Shown piece by piece: positions 60,741-64,000 of a stretch of DNA of 64,000 bases. The translations under genes and the position numbers were made by a program. Source of the stretch: Kiritimatiellia bacterium (lineage in GTDB: Bacteria; Verrucomicrobiota; Kiritimatiellia; RFP12; UBA1067); NCBI GenBank assembly GCA_045599445.1, contig JAZRWB010000027.1, forward strand, positions 1,344-65,343, in the 5' to 3' direction. The first letter of the stretch is position 1; each line of letters begins with the position of its first letter. The notes under the pieces are model-generated. The model saw only the letters and a list, made by a program, of their open reading frames with translations, had not been told where the DNA came from and did no database searches.

Positions 60741-60775
60741 TGGACAAATTCAAAATCACACTTTGAATTTGTCCA
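60741..60775 (-). terminator. Perfect 14-bp inverted repeat after the radical SAM gene (terminator or operator)
   Basis: TGGACAAATTCAAA (60741-60754) and TTTGAATTTGTCCA (60762-60775) flank a 7-nt loop. It starts 1 nt after the radical SAM stop (60777) and ends 8 nt upstream of the -35 of the AAA ATPase promoter. There is no clear U-tract. Confidence 0.45.
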
Positions 60776-60776
60776 A

Positions 60777-61634
60777 TTATTTCACTGTCCCGTGGTCGGG
60801 CGGCATGTTCTCGCCGAGCAGCGCGAGCTTGGGGTCGGCGGCGGCGTAATCCTGAATCCAGCCGCGCTCGAAGCCGAAGTCCGCCGCCGCCTCGGTAACC
60901 GACTCGTATTCCGCTTTCGTGACCTTGCGGTCGAAGGGCGGAGTCGAAAGCGCCTTGTAGGCGGGAGTGAACTGGCTCATAATCGAAACGGCGATCTCGT
61001 TGGAAAGTTCCGTCGCGAGAAAGGCGAGCGATTCGATCGCTTCGTCGGCGTGGCCGGGCAAAACGAGAATCCTGACGATCAGTTTCTCCGGATCCTTGGC
61101 GTAGGCCCAACGAACCGCCTCTCTCGCCGCCTCGACGTAATCGCTCGCGCCGCTGGCCGCGAACGCGGTCGCGTTCCTCGAATAGCGCAGGTCGAATAGC
61201 GCCCAGTCGCACAACTCGCGATATTCCTCCAGCGTCTCGACGCGCTCGTAGCCCGACGAGTTCCAGACGAACGGCAAGCGCACGCCCTCGCGAAAGAGCG
61301 GCCGCGTCGCCTCGCGGACAAACGGAAGATACGGCGTCGGGGAGACGAGGTTCCAGTTCTCGACCTTGTCCTTTACGGCGAGCGTGCGGAAAATCTCCGT
61401 CAGCTCCTCGATCGTCTTGTCCGCCCCCTCTCCGCGCCAGCTCCACGGCGAGTTCTGGCAGTAAAGGCACTTCATCGTGCAGCGCGAGAAGAATACGCAA
61501 CCGCTTCCGCCCTTGCCGACGAGCGGCGGCTCTTCGCCGAAGTGCGGCCCGTAACGAAAAACGCGCGGCCTATCGAGCGCTCCGCAATAACCCGGTCGTT
61601 CGCCGCACTTCCTCGGACAAAGCTCGCAGATCAT
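60777..61634 (-). CDS. Radical SAM protein (PflX/COG1313-like, pyruvate formate-lyase activase-related)
   Basis: ATG 61634 (ATGA overlap with the ruvC stop) gives MICELCPRKCGERPGYCG. The radical SAM cluster is FFSRCTMKCLYCQNSPWS (CxxxCxxC). Confidence 0.75.
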   Translation of the reverse strand: MICELCPRKCGERPGYCGALDRPRVFRYGPHFGEEPPLVGKGGSGCVFFSRCTMKCLYCQNSPWSWRGEGADKTIEELTEIFRTLAVKDKVENWNLVSPTPYLPFVREATRPLFREGVRLPFVWNSSGYERVETLEEYRELCDWALFDLRYSRNATAFAASGASDYVEAAREAVRWAYAKDPEKLIVRILVLPGHADEAIESLAFLATELSNEIAVSIMSQFTPAYKALSTPPFDRKVTKAEYESVTEAAADFGFERGWIQDYAAADPKLALLGENMPPDHGTVK

Positions 61635-62122
61635 ATCGGCGTTTCCGTCGAGTAGCGCGTGTGGGAATTGACGTGGCAAATCGCGAGCCCCAGCGCGTCC
61701 GCGGCGTCGTTCTGCGGAAGCGAGTCGAGATTCAAAAGCGTCTTCACCATTCGCTGAATCTGCTCCTTCTCGGCAAGCGCGTTCCCCGAAACCGCGCGCT
61801 TCATCCGGCGCGGCTCGTATTCGTAGACCTCGACGCCCGCGTCCGCCGCCGCGGTCAGCACCGCGCCGCGCGCTTCGCCGAGGACGAGCATCGTACCCGC
61901 GTTCTTGCCGTAGATGACCGATTCGATGGCGATGACGTCGGGATGGTGGGCGGCGATGAGCGCGGAAATTTTCGCGTGAATCGCCTTAAGGCAGGCGGTA
62001 AGCGGCGCCTTCGCTCCGTTTTTGATATTGCCGCACTCGAGCGCCTTCATGCGGCTACCCTCGACCGCGATAACGCCGTAGCCGGTGGAGCGAAGCGAAG
62101 TATCGACGCCGAGGACGATCAT
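61631..62122 (-). CDS. ruvC: Crossover junction endodeoxyribonuclease RuvC
   Basis: MIVLGVDTSLRSTGYGVI, IESVIYGKN, EYEPRRMKRAVSGNALAEKEQIQ and DAADALGLAICH. Confidence 0.92.
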   Translation of the reverse strand: MIVLGVDTSLRSTGYGVIAVEGSRMKALECGNIKNGAKAPLTACLKAIHAKISALIAAHHPDVIAIESVIYGKNAGTMLVLGEARGAVLTAAADAGVEVYEYEPRRMKRAVSGNALAEKEQIQRMVKTLLNLDSLPQNDAADALGLAICHVNSHTRYSTETPI

Positions 62123-62811
62123 TCGCCGCCTCGCAGGAACTTCGGGTTGTTGCCGGCGATAACGAGCGCGACTTCGCCCTTTACCTTCGCGTCCTTAAAC
62201 TCCTTCGCGAGATCGGAAAGGTATCCGCGACTCACGCGCTCGTGGAGTTTCGTAAGTTCGATGCACACCGCCGCTTCGCGATCGCCGAGCGCTTCGAGCG
62301 CCGCCGTTAGCGTCGCGCCGATTCTAAAGGGCGACTCGTAGCAAATAAGCGTATGCTCCTTGTCCTTGTCCTCGGCGAACCAGTTGCGGAGCGCGCCCGG
62401 CCCGCGCGGCGGAAAGCCGCGGAAGGTAAAGGACGAAGTCGAAAGCCCGCTCATAAGCAAGGCAACGTTGACCGCGCTCGCCCCGGGAATTACCTCGTAG
62501 GGCGCGTTCGCCTTCGCGCAGGCGCGAATGAGCCGATAACCGGGGTCGGAGATCGCGGGATATCCGCCGTCCGAGCAAAGCACCACTTCCGCGCCCGCTT
62601 CCAGCGCCTTGAGAATTCTCTCGGTCGTCCGCTCTTCGTTACCCTGCCGATACGAGACCATCTCGGGCCTGGGGATTTCAAAGTGGCTCAGTAGCGCCCA
62701 CGTGCGGCGCGTATCTTCACACGCAATCAGCGTCGCCGACTTGAACGCCTCAAGTCCTCGCGGCGAGAGATCGTCCAGATTTCCGATGGGAGTTGCGACA
62801 ATGTGTAACAT
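62119..62811 (-). CDS. rsmI: 16S rRNA (cytidine1402-2'-O)-methyltransferase RsmI
   Basis: ATG 62811 gives MLHIVATPIGNLDDLSPRGLEAFKSATLIACEDTRRT. Also SDGGYPAISDPGYRLI and VIPGASAVNVAL. Confidence 0.88.
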   Translation of the reverse strand: MLHIVATPIGNLDDLSPRGLEAFKSATLIACEDTRRTWALLSHFEIPRPEMVSYRQGNEERTTERILKALEAGAEVVLCSDGGYPAISDPGYRLIRACAKANAPYEVIPGASAVNVALLMSGLSTSSFTFRGFPPRGPGALRNWFAEDKDKEHTLICYESPFRIGATLTAALEALGDREAAVCIELTKLHERVSRGYLSDLAKEFKDAKVKGEVALVIAGNNPKFLRGGE

Positions 62812-63191
62812 TACTTCACGTATTTTATCATTTCCGCGGGCAGGAGATTCGCGCGGCGCAAGTCCTTCACCGGCCACCACTTGAATTCGATCCAGCTTTC
62901 GCGGCTCGACACTTTCGTATTTTTAAGCGCAAGGCGATAGATGAGATTGATCTCGGCGTGCTTGCGACCCTTTTGGACGAACGTGCTTTCGACGACTCCC
63001 ACGAGTGCGCCCGCCTTTGATTTTAGACCCGTCTCTTCCTTCATCTCGCGCTCCAGCGCTTCACGCCCCGTTTCGCCGAATTCGATGTGGCCGCCCGGCA
63101 GGTAATTGTAGGCGCCGCCCTTGGGCGCGCACAGCAGCACCTTGCCGCCGCGAACGCACACTCCGCGCGCGATGGTTTCGATTCGGTTCAT
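62811..63191 (-). CDS. NUDIX hydrolase (126 aa)
   Basis: The NUDIX box is LPGGHIEFGETGREALEREMKEETGL. ATG 63191 overlaps the upstream stop as ATGA. The longer track ORF is an Arg-rich extension. Confidence 0.88.
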   Translation of the reverse strand: MNRIETIARGVCVRGGKVLLCAPKGGAYNYLPGGHIEFGETGREALEREMKEETGLKSKAGALVGVVESTFVQKGRKHAEINLIYRLALKNTKVSSRESWIEFKWWPVKDLRRANLLPAEMIKYVK

Positions 63192-63727
63192 TTGAGCGAC
63201 TCCTCCTGTCCTTCGAGAAACTCCCGCGCGAGCGCGAGCGATTCGACGCTTTCCAAGTCGCCGATCGCCTCGACGAGCTCGCTTCGCGCAATCGCGTACT
63301 CTGCCTCGCCGCGTCGATGGGTGAAAACGAGATCGAACTCGCCGGGATAGTTGAAGAGCGCGAGCACCGCCTTCACCAAGTCTCCCATCGGCGGCAAGTC
63401 GATGTGCTTCGCGGCGAGGGAGTATTCGAGCGTAGTGCCGACGCCGGGCCGGGAGGCGAGCTTGACCAAGCCGCCGCAAGCTTCGCAGATCTGCTTCAGG
63501 ATCGGCAGCCCCAGCCCTACCTTGCGCTTGTCGTGCTTGCCCGCCTCGGTGAAGAACGGATCGAACGCCCGCTTCAAGGTCGCCTCGTCCATGCCCTTGC
63601 CGTCGTCCTTCACGACGACGCGAAGGCGTTCGCCGTCCTCGACGAGCGTCAGCTCCACGCGCTTCGCGCCCGCCTCGATGGAGTTCTGGGCGGTGTCGGC
63701 GATGACGTCGGCGAGGTCGGCGTGCAC
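63188..63727 (-). CDS. Stand-alone GHKL (HATPase_c-type) ATP-binding protein, 179 aa
   Basis: N-box DTAQNSIEAGA, G1 VKDDGKGMD and G2 KVGLGLPILKQI. There is no DHp/His-phosphotransfer domain. A ~70-aa C-terminal extension is present. GTG start is at 63727. Confidence 0.7.
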   Translation of the reverse strand: MHADLADVIADTAQNSIEAGAKRVELTLVEDGERLRVVVKDDGKGMDEATLKRAFDPFFTEAGKHDKRKVGLGLPILKQICEACGGLVKLASRPGVGTTLEYSLAAKHIDLPPMGDLVKAVLALFNYPGEFDLVFTHRRGEAEYAIARSELVEAIGDLESVESLALAREFLEGQEESLK

Positions 63728-63728
63728 T

Positions 63729-64000
63729 TTACATTCCCTTCGCGAGTTCCCAGGCCTTGATGAGCATGCGCGGGATGTGGAAGGGGCCCTTGAAGATGTT
63801 GCCCTTCGCGGGTTGGGCGACCGTGCCGTCGCGATGGAGATAGCCGTACCACTCGGGGAACTTCTTGTCCTTGAGGTGCGAAAACGCCCAATCGTTCGCG
63901 AGCTTATGGCGCTTCTCCCACTTCTTGTCGCCGGTAAGCTTGTAGGCGTAGGCGCAGGCGATGATCGTTTCGCACTGCGGCCACCAGAACTTCATATCCT
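63729..64000 (-). CDS. N-acylglucosamine 2-epimerase (AGE) family protein, C-terminal part only
   Basis: FWWPQCETIIACAYAYKLTGD...EWYGYLHRDGTVAQPAKGNIFKGPFHIPRML matches the AGE/(alpha/alpha)6-barrel C-terminus. The ORF stays open to the window edge. Confidence 0.75.
   Translation of the reverse strand, partial: DMKFWWPQCETIIACAYAYKLTGDKKWEKRHKLANDWAFSHLKDKKFPEWYGYLHRDGTVAQPAKGNIFKGPFHIPRMLIKAWELAKGM

Overview
GC-rich bacterial chromosomal segment. The gene content suggests the PVC superphylum (Verrucomicrobiota, Kiritimatiellota or Lentisphaerota-like), but that is inference. 38 of 39 genes lie on the minus strand, and many neighbours share 4-nt start/stop overlaps. Housekeeping blocks are: AGE-family epimerase, orphan GHKL ATPase, NUDIX, rsmI, ruvC and a radical SAM gene; ackA-pta-kpsF; coaE-rho-uvrA-recA, an NSS transporter, queC and tRNA-Ser; and a reverse rubrerythrin. 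Three surface-structure loci are interleaved with them. (i) A nine-gene pseudopilin operon at 50.9-59.4 kb has no ATPase, platform or peptidase gene in the window. (ii) About 250 bp downstream lies a tightly coupled array of giant secreted proteins (792, 2800 and 4037 aa) plus a 125-aa lipoprotein, at 27.3-50.6 kb. (iii) An Akkermansia Amuc_1098-1102-type pilus-like cluster sits at 16.7-24.2 kb, with a secretin, a PilM-PilN fusion and three small membrane or secreted proteins. A fourth giant gene (2157 aa, C25/gingipain-like peptidase core) is followed 4 nt later by a Fic gene at the left edge. The best candidate for an undescribed system is the 16.7-59.5 kb same-strand super-locus, which combines pseudopilins, giant Ca-binding/LamG/glycine-rich proteins and a secretin/PilMN module. 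At the nucleotide level there is a family of extended -10 boxes (TGnTATAAT), all oriented with their downstream genes. Some are built from the preceding gene's last codons and TAA stop. Two lie inside coding sequence. Two sit so close to the start codon that the mRNA would be leaderless or nearly so. I also saw a triple tandem GC hairpin between the pseudopilin and giant-protein units, and an AT-richer single-gene AAA-ATPase insertion. All family assignments come from reading the translations by eye. No searches were run.
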